Source: Candidatus Poribacteria bacterium
Lineage (GTDB): Bacteria; Poribacteria; WGA-4E; WGA-3G
Assembly (NCBI GenBank): GCA_022827185.1
Contig: JAJDTM010000002.1
Span: forward strand, 1,560 to 65,559
Length of the DNA stretch: 64,000 nucleotides
Direction of reading: 5' to 3'
Position numbers and translations under genes: made by a program. The notes beneath the pieces were generated by a model. That model was not told the origin of the DNA. It saw only the letters and a program-made list of their open reading frames with translations, and ran no database searches. Below are positions 18,041 to 27,561 of the stretch, one piece after another (position 1 is the stretch's first letter; each line of letters begins with the position of its first letter).

Positions 18041-20638
18041 ATGAAGCCACTTCGTCAGTTAACAGTGGTGCCTACCTTACCCCCGAACCTTGAACCGCTG
18101 CGTGAACTCGCCTTAAATCTATGGTGGACCTGGGATCGTGAAGCACTGGATCTGTTTCATCATCTTGATGCGGAATTATGGGAAAAGACCTATCATAACC
18201 CAGTCGCTATGCTCGGTCAGATTTCACAAGAACGGTTAGATGCAACCGCAGAAAACAGCGTGTTCCTTGCACGCCTTGAGGTCATCCACAAGAAGTTTAG
18301 AGAATACCATAAGACCCCTTCATGGTTTGAGACGAATCACAATGATGGGACGCTCAACGCACTACAAATTGCCTACTTTTCAATGGAGTACGGGTTGACG
18401 GAGTGCATGCCGCTCTATTCTGGGGGCTTAGGTGTCTTAGCAGGCGACCACCTAAAGTCCACGAGTTACTTAGGACTGCCTTTCGTCGCAGTCGGACTCC
18501 TCTACCAACACGGTTATTTCCGCCAGACCCTTACCGCAGATGGCTGGCAGATGGCGGATTACCCTACCAATGACTTTTACAATATGCCCATTCAGCCAGC
18601 GAAACTTGCTAATGGGTCCCCGCTTTTCGTCGAAGTCGAATATCCAGAGGGGAAAGCGATCGCCAAAGTTTGGTGTGCGCAAGTCGGACGTATCTCCTTG
18701 TATCTGCTTGATACGAATATCCCTGAAAATCAGAACGAAGAGTTGCGGAACATCACGGATTACCTGTACGGCGGTGATGAACGCCTCCGTATCAAACAGG
18801 AAATCCTGCTCGGTATTGGCGGCTACCGCGCCTTAGCAGCACTCGGTATTCAGCCCACCGTCTGCCACATGAACGAAGGGCACGCTGCGTTCCTTGCAAT
18901 TGAACGTATCCGGCAGATGATGTTGAAGACCGGCATCCGTTTTGAAGAAGCCTGCGAGGCAACACGCGCAGGAAATATCTTCACGACGCATACACCTGTT
19001 CCTGCTGGCATCGACTGGTTCCCGCCGGATTTGGTCAACCACTACTTCAACGGTTATTACCGTGAACTCGGTGTCTCCATGGATACCTTCCTCGGTCTCG
19101 GTAGGACAAATCCATCGAATACGCACAGTGAATTCAGTCCTGCGCTTCTTGCACTCCGACTCTCCGCGATGTGTAACGGTGTGAGCCAATTACATGGACA
19201 CGTCGCTCGTGAGATGTGGAAGGATCTCTGGCCCGGTACACCGGTGCATGAGGTGCCTATTGGCGCGATTACAAACGGGATTCACACGCGTTCATGGGTC
19301 TCTGGTGATATGCAGAGCCTTTTTGATAGATACCTTGGACCCCGCTGGATTGTGGAACTCACAAATCAAGCCGTCTGGACGCAAATTTCACAGATTCCTG
19401 ACCCCGAATTGTGGCGGATACACGAACGGCGGCGCGAACGCCTCATCACATTCGCTCGCCAACGACAGGAACAGAAACAGGCACTCGGCGGAAATATTTC
19501 CAAGCGCGCCCCAGAAAGCGAGAGTATGGCAACGAAAACGCTCAATTCAGCAGCATTGACCATCGGCTTTGCACGCCGATTTGCGACCTATAAGCGCGCA
19601 ACTTTGCTGTTCCATGATGTTGATCGGCTTGATAAGATACTCAACCATCCTGAGCGTCCTGTTCAACTTATTTTTGCGGGGAAAGCGCATCCGCATGACT
19701 ATGAGGGGAAATTGCTTATCCAGCGCATCGCTCGGATCGCGGCGGAACCGCGGTTTTATCATAAGATCGTCTTCATTGAGAATTACGATATTTGCGTCGG
19801 ACGTTATCTCGTTGAAGGTGTTGATGTGTGGCTGAACAACCCGTTACGTCCGAATGAGGCGAGTGGCACGAGCGGTATGAAAGCGGCTGCGAACGGGGTC
19901 TTGAATCTCAGTATCGCAGACGGTTGGTGGGCTGAGGCGAACCATTTGGGCGGCGGGTGGACGATTGACACAGGACCCGTTCCAGAGGATTCCAAATCTA
20001 CCAACAAAGCGCACGCAAATGCCATCTATGATCTCCTTGAAAATGAGATTGTGCCACTCTTTTACCAGCGGAACCCCGTTGACGATGTACCCTACGAATG
20101 GGTTGCACGGATGAAGGGTGCGATGCAGAACCTCGCGCCTGTCTTCAATACCAAACGGATGGTGTCAGAATACGCGGAACAGTTATATTTTCCGGCACAT
20201 CGGCGTTGGCAAGAACTCAATGCATCGGAGGCGAAACGCAGCATCGCCTTAGCACGTTGGAAAACTCACATTCGAGATCATTGGAGCGACCTTCGGATTG
20301 AAGAAAAACCGACCGATACCAAAGTCGCTTCCACGCAAAGTTCTGAACTTGGCGTGGGTGAATCTACAACCGTGCAGGCGGTCATCCGAACCGACGTGCT
20401 GTTTCCGCACGAACTTGCTGTTCAGATTTACCACGGTGTGTTAGATGAGGCGGGTGAAATCCATAACGGTGCAATTAGTCCTATGAAATATAAGGACGAC
20501 CTCGGCGGCGGTACCTATCTTTTTCAAGGGACGCTGACCTTGAAACAGACGGGCTTGCACGGTTATACTGTACGTGCCTTGCCGTATCATGAGGATCTAC
20601 AATCTCCACATGAGCTTGGACTCATAACATGGGCGTAA
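18041..20638 (+). CDS. glgP: Alpha-glucan phosphorylase (GlgP; DUF3417-containing alpha-glucan phosphorylase subfamily)
   Basis: N-terminal LWWTWD motif, GGLGVLAGDHLKS and the pyridoxal-phosphate region FARRFATYKRATL...EASGTSGMKAA. Length 865 aa. Confidence 0.85.
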   Translation: MKPLRQLTVVPTLPPNLEPLRELALNLWWTWDREALDLFHHLDAELWEKTYHNPVAMLGQISQERLDATAENSVFLARLEVIHKKFREYHKTPSWFETNHNDGTLNALQIAYFSMEYGLTECMPLYSGGLGVLAGDHLKSTSYLGLPFVAVGLLYQHGYFRQTLTADGWQMADYPTNDFYNMPIQPAKLANGSPLFVEVEYPEGKAIAKVWCAQVGRISLYLLDTNIPENQNEELRNITDYLYGGDERLRIKQEILLGIGGYRALAALGIQPTVCHMNEGHAAFLAIERIRQMMLKTGIRFEEACEATRAGNIFTTHTPVPAGIDWFPPDLVNHYFNGYYRELGVSMDTFLGLGRTNPSNTHSEFSPALLALRLSAMCNGVSQLHGHVAREMWKDLWPGTPVHEVPIGAITNGIHTRSWVSGDMQSLFDRYLGPRWIVELTNQAVWTQISQIPDPELWRIHERRRERLITFARQRQEQKQALGGNISKRAPESESMATKTLNSAALTIGFARRFATYKRATLLFHDVDRLDKILNHPERPVQLIFAGKAHPHDYEGKLLIQRIARIAAEPRFYHKIVFIENYDICVGRYLVEGVDVWLNNPLRPNEASGTSGMKAAANGVLNLSIADGWWAEANHLGGGWTIDTGPVPEDSKSTNKAHANAIYDLLENEIVPLFYQRNPVDDVPYEWVARMKGAMQNLAPVFNTKRMVSEYAEQLYFPAHRRWQELNASEAKRSIALARWKTHIRDHWSDLRIEEKPTDTKVASTQSSELGVGESTTVQAVIRTDVLFPHELAVQIYHGVLDEAGEIHNGAISPMKYKDDLGGGTYLFQGTLTLKQTGLHGYTVRALPYHEDLQSPHELGLITWA

Positions 20639-20642
20639 AAGT

Positions 20643-20680
20643 AGTATCTCCTGTCCTATGGGTGGGAGATACAATTTTGC
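20643..20680 (+). terminator. Hairpin terminator after glgP
   Basis: gtatctcc-n13-ggagatac stem-loop followed by aattttgcg. Confidence 0.4.
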
Positions 20681-20682
20681 GT

Positions 20683-20710
20683 TGCTCAAACTCTTTTTTA
20701 AGGGTATAAT
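20683..20710 (+). promoter_or_regulatory. Putative sigma70-like promoter for hisB-glgC (TTGCTC-16-TATAAT)
   Basis: ttgctc at 20683 and tataat at 20705, roughly 85 nt upstream of the hisB start. Confidence 0.35.
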
Positions 20711-20793
20711 AGAGGTGCGCAGCTTGAAACGAATTTTGATAAAAAACGTAATCCCAAGCAACTACTTGACCGAACCGTAAGGGACGATAAAAA

Positions 20794-21381
20794 ATGGACA
20801 GAAAAGCGGAAATTGCCCGCGAAACAGCAGAGACCCGCATCCGACTCACCCTTGACCTTGACGGAACTGGCGCATCCGACATTAATACCGGTGTCGGATT
20901 CTTGGATCACATGTTGGAACTCTTTGCCAAACATGGTTTCTTTAACCTTGAGATTGCGGCGAAAGGTGATTTACATGTAGATGCGCATCATACGACCGAA
21001 GATGTTGGCATCTGTTTGGGGCAAGCCCTTCAGAAAGCGGTACTCGACAAAGCGGGGATGCAACGGTTCGGTAGTTTCGCTGTCCCAATGTATGAATCGC
21101 TTGCGAAAGTGGACTTGGATGTCTGCGGACGACCTTATCTCCACTTTGAGACACCGCTGCGTTATGGAAAAGTCGGCGATTTTGATATTGAACTTGCCGA
21201 AGAATTTTTTCACGGATTTGTGAACAATAGCGGTACCACCTTACATATCAATGTCCCGTACGGCACGAATCAACACCATATCATTGAAGCCATCTTTAAG
21301 GCGGTTGCGAAAGCGTTGCATATTGCCACTCGTCTTGATGAAAATATTACGGGTGTCCTGTCCACTAAAGGGAGTTTGTAG
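20794..21381 (+). CDS. hisB: Imidazoleglycerol-phosphate dehydratase
   Basis: Conserved IGPD motifs: ETRIRLTLDLDGTG, GFLDHMLELFAKHG, DAHHTTEDVGI, HHIIEAIFKAVAKAL. Confidence 0.9.
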   Translation: MDRKAEIARETAETRIRLTLDLDGTGASDINTGVGFLDHMLELFAKHGFFNLEIAAKGDLHVDAHHTTEDVGICLGQALQKAVLDKAGMQRFGSFAVPMYESLAKVDLDVCGRPYLHFETPLRYGKVGDFDIELAEEFFHGFVNNSGTTLHINVPYGTNQHHIIEAIFKAVAKALHIATRLDENITGVLSTKGSL

Positions 21382-21406
21382 GACGGATGACAACTAAATT
21401 AGGAGC

Positions 21407-22705
21407 GTGCTTATGAGCAATGGGAGCGTTATTGCGGTTATTCTTGGCGGGGGTCGCGGCACACGGCTATTTCCGTTGACACGGGATCGGGCAAAACCGA
21501 GTGTCCCGATTGCGGGTAAATTTCGACTCGTGGACATACCGATTAGTAATTGCCTGCACTCAGGACTGGAAAAAATCTATGTCTTAACCCAGTTCAACTC
21601 TGTCTCCTTGAATCGACATATTGCGCAGACGTACCGCTTTGATACGTATCGCCGCGGGTTTGTCCAAATCCTCGCAGCACAGCAGACGCTGATGGGCGAA
21701 GAGTGGTATCAAGGGACAGCAGATGCCATCAAGCACAATCAACCTTACATTCTGAATCCGAGGTTCCAAGACGACCATGTTCTAATTCTTGCGGGTGACC
21801 ATCTCTATCGGATGGATTACCAAAAAATGCTGGCTGTGCACACTGAATCCAATGCTGATATTACAGTCTCTGTCATTCCCGTGGAGAAAGAGATTACAAG
21901 TGGACTCGGTATTCTCCAAGCAGACGCAAGTGGACGTATCGTCGATTTCGTTGAAAAGCCACAAACGGAGGAGGAACTCCAACGACTCCGCGTTGAACCT
22001 GAAGTGTTTACATCACGGGGCATTGCGCCACACGGTAGGGAATACATCGCCTCAATGGGGATCTATATCTTCAATCGAGAGGTCTTGCGAGAGGTGCTTC
22101 AAGATGATGCAAACGTGGACTTCGGTAAGGATATTATTCCGAAGAGCATTCAGACACGTACGGTTTCAGCCTACTTTTTCGATGGCTATTGGGAGGATAT
22201 TGGTACGATTCACTCATTCTATTTGGCGAATATTGCGCTCACCGATGCCACACCTTCGTTCAATTTCTACGATGAACAGGCACCGATCTATACCAACCGT
22301 CGGCATCTGCCGAGTACCAAAGTCAACAGCAGTAGTGTCCGCTCATCGATTCTTGCCGAAGGTTCTATCATTGATGATTCTGAACTCGATAGAACGATTG
22401 TCGGTATTCGTAGTATCATCTCCGGTGGTAGCCGAATTTACCAGTCTATACTTATGGGAGCAGACTATTATGAGTCAGATGCGTCGCGTGTTGAGAGTGA
22501 AAGGTTGGGTGTTCCCAAGGTCGGTATTGGACGGAATTGTTTGATTCAGAATGCAATTATTGACAAAAATGCGCGTATCGGTGATAATTCAGTACTTGTG
22601 AACCGAGACGGAATTGACAACTACGATGGCGAAAATTACTACATTCGGGATGGGATTGTGATTGTGCCAAAGGACGCGACGATACCGCCCGAAACTGTCG
22701 TCTAA
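21407..22705 (+). CDS. glgC: Glucose-1-phosphate adenylyltransferase
   Basis: VIAVILGGGRGTRLFPLTRDRAKPSVPIAGKFRLVDIPISNCLHSG N-terminal signature. C-terminal left-handed beta-helix region. Confidence 0.9.
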   Translation: MLMSNGSVIAVILGGGRGTRLFPLTRDRAKPSVPIAGKFRLVDIPISNCLHSGLEKIYVLTQFNSVSLNRHIAQTYRFDTYRRGFVQILAAQQTLMGEEWYQGTADAIKHNQPYILNPRFQDDHVLILAGDHLYRMDYQKMLAVHTESNADITVSVIPVEKEITSGLGILQADASGRIVDFVEKPQTEEELQRLRVEPEVFTSRGIAPHGREYIASMGIYIFNREVLREVLQDDANVDFGKDIIPKSIQTRTVSAYFFDGYWEDIGTIHSFYLANIALTDATPSFNFYDEQAPIYTNRRHLPSTKVNSSSVRSSILAEGSIIDDSELDRTIVGIRSIISGGSRIYQSILMGADYYESDASRVESERLGVPKVGIGRNCLIQNAIIDKNARIGDNSVLVNRDGIDNYDGENYYIRDGIVIVPKDATIPPETVV

Positions 22706-22761
22706 ACGATAACCTTGAATTTCAGCATTAAGGTCTGTTTATTTGAACGGGAGGATTTCTG

Positions 22762-23538
22762 ATGTACAAAGTGCTAACATTCCTAATCCTAAGTCTTTTT
22801 GCGCTGACACTTTTCGTGGCGACGCAGGTTGTAGCATTGGACACGGATGGTCTCGTCGGTGCGTGGCTGCTGGATGATGGCAAAGGAGAAACCGTTACGG
22901 ATTCCTCTGATAACGGATTGGATGGAAAAATCGCGAGAGGTAAACCGAAGTGGGTTGATGGCAAATTTGGTGGTGCGATGGAATTCGGCGGGGCTGATAT
23001 GGTAACGGTTGATGATGATAATGCGCTCGACTTGGCGGAATTCACAATTGCCGCATGGGTGAATATCCCGAAAATCTCCGGCGCGTGGCAAATTATCGCC
23101 TCTAAAGAGCACCGCGGTCCGACCGGTAGAAACTACGGACTCTTCGGTCATATTAACAGGGGCGTTGTCCACTACTCTTTCACAACAAACTCTGGCTGGA
23201 AATCGTTTGATGCCCAAACTGTTGTGACGGATGGTGATTGGCATCACGTTGCGGGTACTTACGACGGTTCAGACTTCAAGCTCTATCTCAATGGAGCGGT
23301 TGATGGGCAAGTCGCACCCGGGACGAAACCCGATAACCACGATAATTTCCTTTTTATCGGTGGCTGCGACATCGGTAACTACTGGATGACAGGCACTATT
23401 GACGAGGTAGTTCTCTATGACAGAGCCCTCAGCGAGAAAGAACTCAATGAATTAATGGAAGATGGAATGTCCGTTGCGTTAGACGTGCAACCCGGTGGAA
23501 AACTGGTGACAACTTGGAGTCGGATTAAGACTCAATAG
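22762..23538 (+). CDS. Secreted concanavalin-A-like lectin/LamG domain protein
   Basis: Signal peptide. DGDWHHVAGTYDGSDFKLYLNG matches the LamG/laminin-G-3 core. Confidence 0.55.
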   Translation: MYKVLTFLILSLFALTLFVATQVVALDTDGLVGAWLLDDGKGETVTDSSDNGLDGKIARGKPKWVDGKFGGAMEFGGADMVTVDDDNALDLAEFTIAAWVNIPKISGAWQIIASKEHRGPTGRNYGLFGHINRGVVHYSFTTNSGWKSFDAQTVVTDGDWHHVAGTYDGSDFKLYLNGAVDGQVAPGTKPDNHDNFLFIGGCDIGNYWMTGTIDEVVLYDRALSEKELNELMEDGMSVALDVQPGGKLVTTWSRIKTQ

Positions 23539-23607
23539 CGTCTAAAACTGGAACAACTCATCGGCGCGTTTACAAAGAGCGTTCCAAGGAAGGCTGACTT
23601 TAAAAAC

Positions 23608-23883
23608 ATGTCTGAATTAAGACAAAAACTTCTGGTACTACATTTACACACACCTGACCTGAATAGTAGCGTTGTCGCTTGGGCGATGTATGATGGTACT
23701 GGCGAAAAACGTCATACCACAGGTGATAGCGAGACACCCCCCTATAACTCGGTTCTGGAAGCGATGCGGGATGGTTGGCGAGTGATTCAGTTTCCACAAC
23801 AATTCCCTGCCTACCCCGGCATGGAATATCATACTTCATATCTCAGGTTTGAATATATCCTGGAGAAATTGGAGGAGATCTAA
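23608..23883 (+). CDS. Small hypothetical protein, translationally coupled to the downstream PhyH gene (TAATG overlap)
   Basis: 91-aa ORF. Its stop overlaps the next start by 1 nt. Confidence 0.35.
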   Translation: MSELRQKLLVLHLHTPDLNSSVVAWAMYDGTGEKRHTTGDSETPPYNSVLEAMRDGWRVIQFPQQFPAYPGMEYHTSYLRFEYILEKLEEI

Positions 23884-24701
23884 TGTTAGATAAAAAGTAT
23901 TTGCTTACTACGGAGCAGATGGCGAACTTCGTTGCGGACGGTTACCTCCGCTTCGATAATTTGATCCCCGATGAATTGAATAAAGCCGCACATGCTGAAA
24001 TGGAAGCCGGTGTGAGTGTCCGCGGCGGTGGCGGCACGGTTTTAAACGATGTCTGGGGCGATGATTCAGCCGTCGGCAAAGTTTTTGGGATGCCGGAAGT
24101 ACAGGGTATCGTTCAGAGTTTAGTCGGTGAGGATCCGCTCTATGATCACCATGCCGTTCACATCGTCCGTCCGCAAAATGAGATCGGACAAATTTGGCAT
24201 GCCGATGCTATTATCGACCTGCGGATGCATTTTGACATCCAATTCTTCTATTTCTCGCACGATACACCGCGTGAAATGGGTGGGACGATGATTCTACCCG
24301 GGAGCCACTATCGTCGCGTCTGCGAAACGGACATCGCGCGTTACCAAAACTTCCTCAGCCAACTACCCATCGCTTGTGACGCAGGCACGCTTTTTGTCGT
24401 GCATCACGGGATGTGGCACTGTGCACAACCGAATTTAACGGATGAGACGCGCTACATGTTCAAACTCCGTCTCAACCCGACGGTGCGTCAGTGTCAACTC
24501 TGGAACACTGATGATATCGACACGGCACCGATCCACGGTATCTTAGGCAGGAATCATAGATGGTATGGGAACGATGTCCGACTTGAGATCGTCAATCGGA
24601 TCAAGCAGTGGCGTTTCCTTATCGGCGACGATTCGTTTGATGTCGGTTACTGGCTCTCCCGGCTTGAGAACATGCCTGAGAACGTTGAAGCAGCGGCATA
24701 G
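23883..24701 (+). CDS. Phytanoyl-CoA dioxygenase (PhyH) family protein
   Basis: N-terminal LTTEQMANFVADGYLRFDNLIPDE and H..D...H iron-binding layout typical of PhyH. Confidence 0.7.
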   Translation: MLDKKYLLTTEQMANFVADGYLRFDNLIPDELNKAAHAEMEAGVSVRGGGGTVLNDVWGDDSAVGKVFGMPEVQGIVQSLVGEDPLYDHHAVHIVRPQNEIGQIWHADAIIDLRMHFDIQFFYFSHDTPREMGGTMILPGSHYRRVCETDIARYQNFLSQLPIACDAGTLFVVHHGMWHCAQPNLTDETRYMFKLRLNPTVRQCQLWNTDDIDTAPIHGILGRNHRWYGNDVRLEIVNRIKQWRFLIGDDSFDVGYWLSRLENMPENVEAAA

Positions 24702-24783
24702 TTATCTAAAAACGAAAAAGGCGCGGTTTTGAACCGCGCCTTGAAATCAATTGATGTGTAAGTTCTAAAGGCATTGCGACGTA

Positions 24784-25647
24784 TCAATCTCTGCCACCAC
24801 GTCCTCTCCTGCCACCACGGTCACCACGTCCTCCCCGAAATCTTTGTATCATTTCTCGCCGTTCCTCAGGTGAAGCGTTCCGCATCCGCTCTATCATCCG
24901 GCGCCTGTTTTGTTCAGCGTTCGCTCGCTCTCGCTGCTCCGCTTGTTCGCGCCTTGCAGCATCTGCTTGATTGCCTCTGTTTCGCTCGTTGTTATTGTTT
25001 GCGCTTTCGGAGCTACCTTCGCCGCGATCTCCACCTCTGTCACCACCGCGTCCCCGCTTAGCCGTGAGGAGTTGCAGTTCACCGATTTTGAGTGTTATTG
25101 TCTCGCCTGCTTTGTCCAAGGTTACCTGTTCGGCTTGGATGTCTGTTACTGTTATATCGCCAAGTTTTGTTCCGATGGTGACAAAGTGATGGCGATTAGA
25201 TCTCTTTTCCAGCAGTGTCGCTTGTGATATTGCCCCGTTTGCGTCAACAGCCTTGGTACCAAGCAGACTATATGCGGGTTCGTTTTTCGGAGGTGTCCAG
25301 CCTAAGGGTCGAAAGAGATTGTGATCGATGATAGTTTTGTAAAACGCTGCATTCTCTCCGAAATCGACGCTTCCTCCACGGTTTTGCCCTCGGTTTTGCC
25401 GTCCCCAAGTTCTATTGCGTTGCGGTTGGGCTTGTTCTCTCGCTTTGGCCATTGCCTGCATTTTAGCGGCATTTGTTTCTTTCATCTCTTTCATTTCAGG
25501 CTTTGTGGCGATGAACTCCGATTTCGTTTTTTCTTGTGCATAGAGCAATATCCCAAAGCCGAGGAGCAGGCATACCACACAACCGATGCCAAGTTTTGTA
25601 ATGATACTTCCTCGATTATTAGCAGTTTTCACTGGCTTTTCCTCCAT
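24784..25647 (-). CDS. Membrane-anchored protein with a PilP/GspC-like beta domain and an Arg/Glu/Gly-rich low-complexity tail (tandem paralog 1)
   Basis: N-terminal TM helix. Domain YHFVTIGTKLGDITVTDIQAEQVTLDKAGETITLK resembles the GspC/PilP HR domain. The C-terminal RGGDRGGDRGEG tail. Paralog of 25791..26633. Confidence 0.5.
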   Translation of the reverse strand: MEEKPVKTANNRGSIITKLGIGCVVCLLLGFGILLYAQEKTKSEFIATKPEMKEMKETNAAKMQAMAKAREQAQPQRNRTWGRQNRGQNRGGSVDFGENAAFYKTIIDHNLFRPLGWTPPKNEPAYSLLGTKAVDANGAISQATLLEKRSNRHHFVTIGTKLGDITVTDIQAEQVTLDKAGETITLKIGELQLLTAKRGRGGDRGGDRGEGSSESANNNNERNRGNQADAARREQAEQRERANAEQNRRRMIERMRNASPEERREMIQRFRGGRGDRGGRRGRGGRD

Positions 25648-25790
25648 TGTCTCCGACCCAGGCGCGTTTCTTAAGTGTTTTATTTTTTGAGCATTCGTAT
25701 TTCGGAAACTGGCATAGACATCCCTTTGCGACTTAAGACAGGTTCTATTGTAAAAAGGTTCTGTTTAATTTGACTGAAGAAGTCGCAACA

Positions 25791-26633
25791 TTATTTATCG
25801 CGATCGCTTTTACCACCGAACTCTTTCTTGTAATACTCCATAATTTCTTTTCGCTCTCCGTCTGATGAAGCGTGCCGCATCTTCTCCATTATCTCCCGTT
25901 TCAACGCCTCTCGTTGCGCGGCGGCTCGATTTTTCTGCTCCATTTGCCTGCGTTTTTCAGCGGCAGCCTGATTGGCTTTTTGGCGATCGTTGTTATTGCC
26001 CGCTTTTTCGGAGCCGCCTTCGCCACGATCTCCACCTCTGTCGCCACCGCGTCTCCCCTTAGCTGTGAGAAGTTGCAATCCCCCGGTTTTGAGCGTTATA
26101 TTCTCTCCCGCTTTATCCAATATAACCCGTTTCGCTTGGATGTCCTTTACTGTTATATCACCGAGTTTTGTCCCGATCGTCACAAAGTGGTAGCGATTTG
26201 ATCTTTTTTCCAAGAGCGTTGCTTGTGAGATTGCACCGTTTGCGCTGACAGCGGTACTGACCAAACTATATGCAGGTTCATTATTCGGCGGTGTCCACCC
26301 CAGGGGTCGGAAGAGATTATGGTCAATAATTGTCTTGTAAAACACTGCATTCTCTCCGAAGTCAACGCTACCGCCACGGTTTTGCCGTCCGCGGGACCTG
26401 TTGCGTTGCGGTTGGGCTTGTTCCTTTGCTTTGGCCATTGCCTGCCTTTTAGCGGTGTATGTTTCTTTCATCTTTTTCATTTCAGCAGTGTCCATCTCCG
26501 GCTTTGTAGCGATGAACGCCGATTTTGTTTTCTCTTGCGCGTAGAGCAGTATCGCGAAACCGAGAAGCAGGCATACCACACAACCGATTCCAAGTTTTGT
26601 AATGACGCTTCCCCGATTATTAGGGGTTTTCAT
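25791..26633 (-). CDS. Tandem paralog 2 of the membrane-anchored PilP/GspC-like protein
   Basis: About 80% identical N-terminal 200 aa to 24784..25647. Same TM helix, same domain, a different low-complexity tail. Confidence 0.5.
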   Translation of the reverse strand: MKTPNNRGSVITKLGIGCVVCLLLGFAILLYAQEKTKSAFIATKPEMDTAEMKKMKETYTAKRQAMAKAKEQAQPQRNRSRGRQNRGGSVDFGENAVFYKTIIDHNLFRPLGWTPPNNEPAYSLVSTAVSANGAISQATLLEKRSNRYHFVTIGTKLGDITVKDIQAKRVILDKAGENITLKTGGLQLLTAKGRRGGDRGGDRGEGGSEKAGNNNDRQKANQAAAEKRRQMEQKNRAAAQREALKREIMEKMRHASSDGERKEIMEYYKKEFGGKSDRDK

Positions 26634-27006
26634 TGCTTTTCCTCCGTGATCTTCGGTTTCCAGACGTGTTTCTTAAGACTTCCACTTCACGGGATTCCAT
26701 TTCGGAACCTCGCGTAGACATCTCTTTGCAACTTAAGGCAGACGCTAATGCGAAAAGATTTTCTTTAATTTTACTTTGTATTTTGCTGAATGTCAAATCA
26801 AATGGCTCCTAAGGTGTCGAACTATTTGAATTTATGAACCGCCCTATACATTTATTTGGACGAAAAGATTGCCTACAAGTTTATTTCAATAAGGAGAATT
26901 GATCGCTACAGGTCTTCAACTGTCATTGCAAAAAGCGTTGACTTTCCGAAAAAAATGGGGTAAACTTTATAGAAATAGATCTTTCTCATAAAAGGAAAAA
27001 CTTGAC

Positions 27007-27561
27007 ATGAAGCGTTATAGTCCGATTCAAAAATTCATCGTCTTTGCGTGTAGTTGTGTCCTTATTTTTATTTTAACAAGTCAGCATGCGGATGCGGCGC
27101 GCCGGTCTCGTGTCCTGTCGGTAGCACTCTTTGCCTCTGGTATGAGTCTCCAAGTTGGTGGCACGCTTCTTAAAGCCTCCGCTCAAGACAGTTACGACGC
27201 ATATCTCAACGCCGCAATCCAAGCGGACATCCAATCGCACAAGGACGCTTTTCTTGTTAGACGGGATGCCAGTACCATTATGTCGCGTGTCGGTCTCGGA
27301 TGTGTCGGACTTGCTGTCCTTTTCTCACTTTATAGTCAACTTGACACACCCTCGGAGTCGTCTGAATCTGCAGAAGGTGTTCTCTCTTCCGGCATCCGCT
27401 CGCAAGTCCTTAGAACAAATCTACGCACAAGCAAGATTAATTTTACGAATTATCGCTTTGGAAACATAGGGTTGTTGTCCCCGCGCGCTTCGTTCCAATT
27501 GCTGCCACACTACGATTTCCAAAGCCAGCGTGCAAGTCTAAGGCTTCTACACATTTTTTGA
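27007..27561 (+). CDS. Secreted hypothetical protein
   Basis: Signal peptide FACSCVLIFILTSQHADA. No domain recognised. First of a three-gene putative operon. Confidence 0.35.
   Translation: MKRYSPIQKFIVFACSCVLIFILTSQHADAARRSRVLSVALFASGMSLQVGGTLLKASAQDSYDAYLNAAIQADIQSHKDAFLVRRDASTIMSRVGLGCVGLAVLFSLYSQLDTPSESSESAEGVLSSGIRSQVLRTNLRTSKINFTNYRFGNIGLLSPRASFQLLPHYDFQSQRASLRLLHIF

Noticed and set aside
21789-22544. 251-aa plus-strand ORF in an alternative frame inside glgC.
   Set aside because: Same-strand frame-shadow of a gene with an unambiguous GlgC match. Its Arg/Ser-rich translation is not protein-like.
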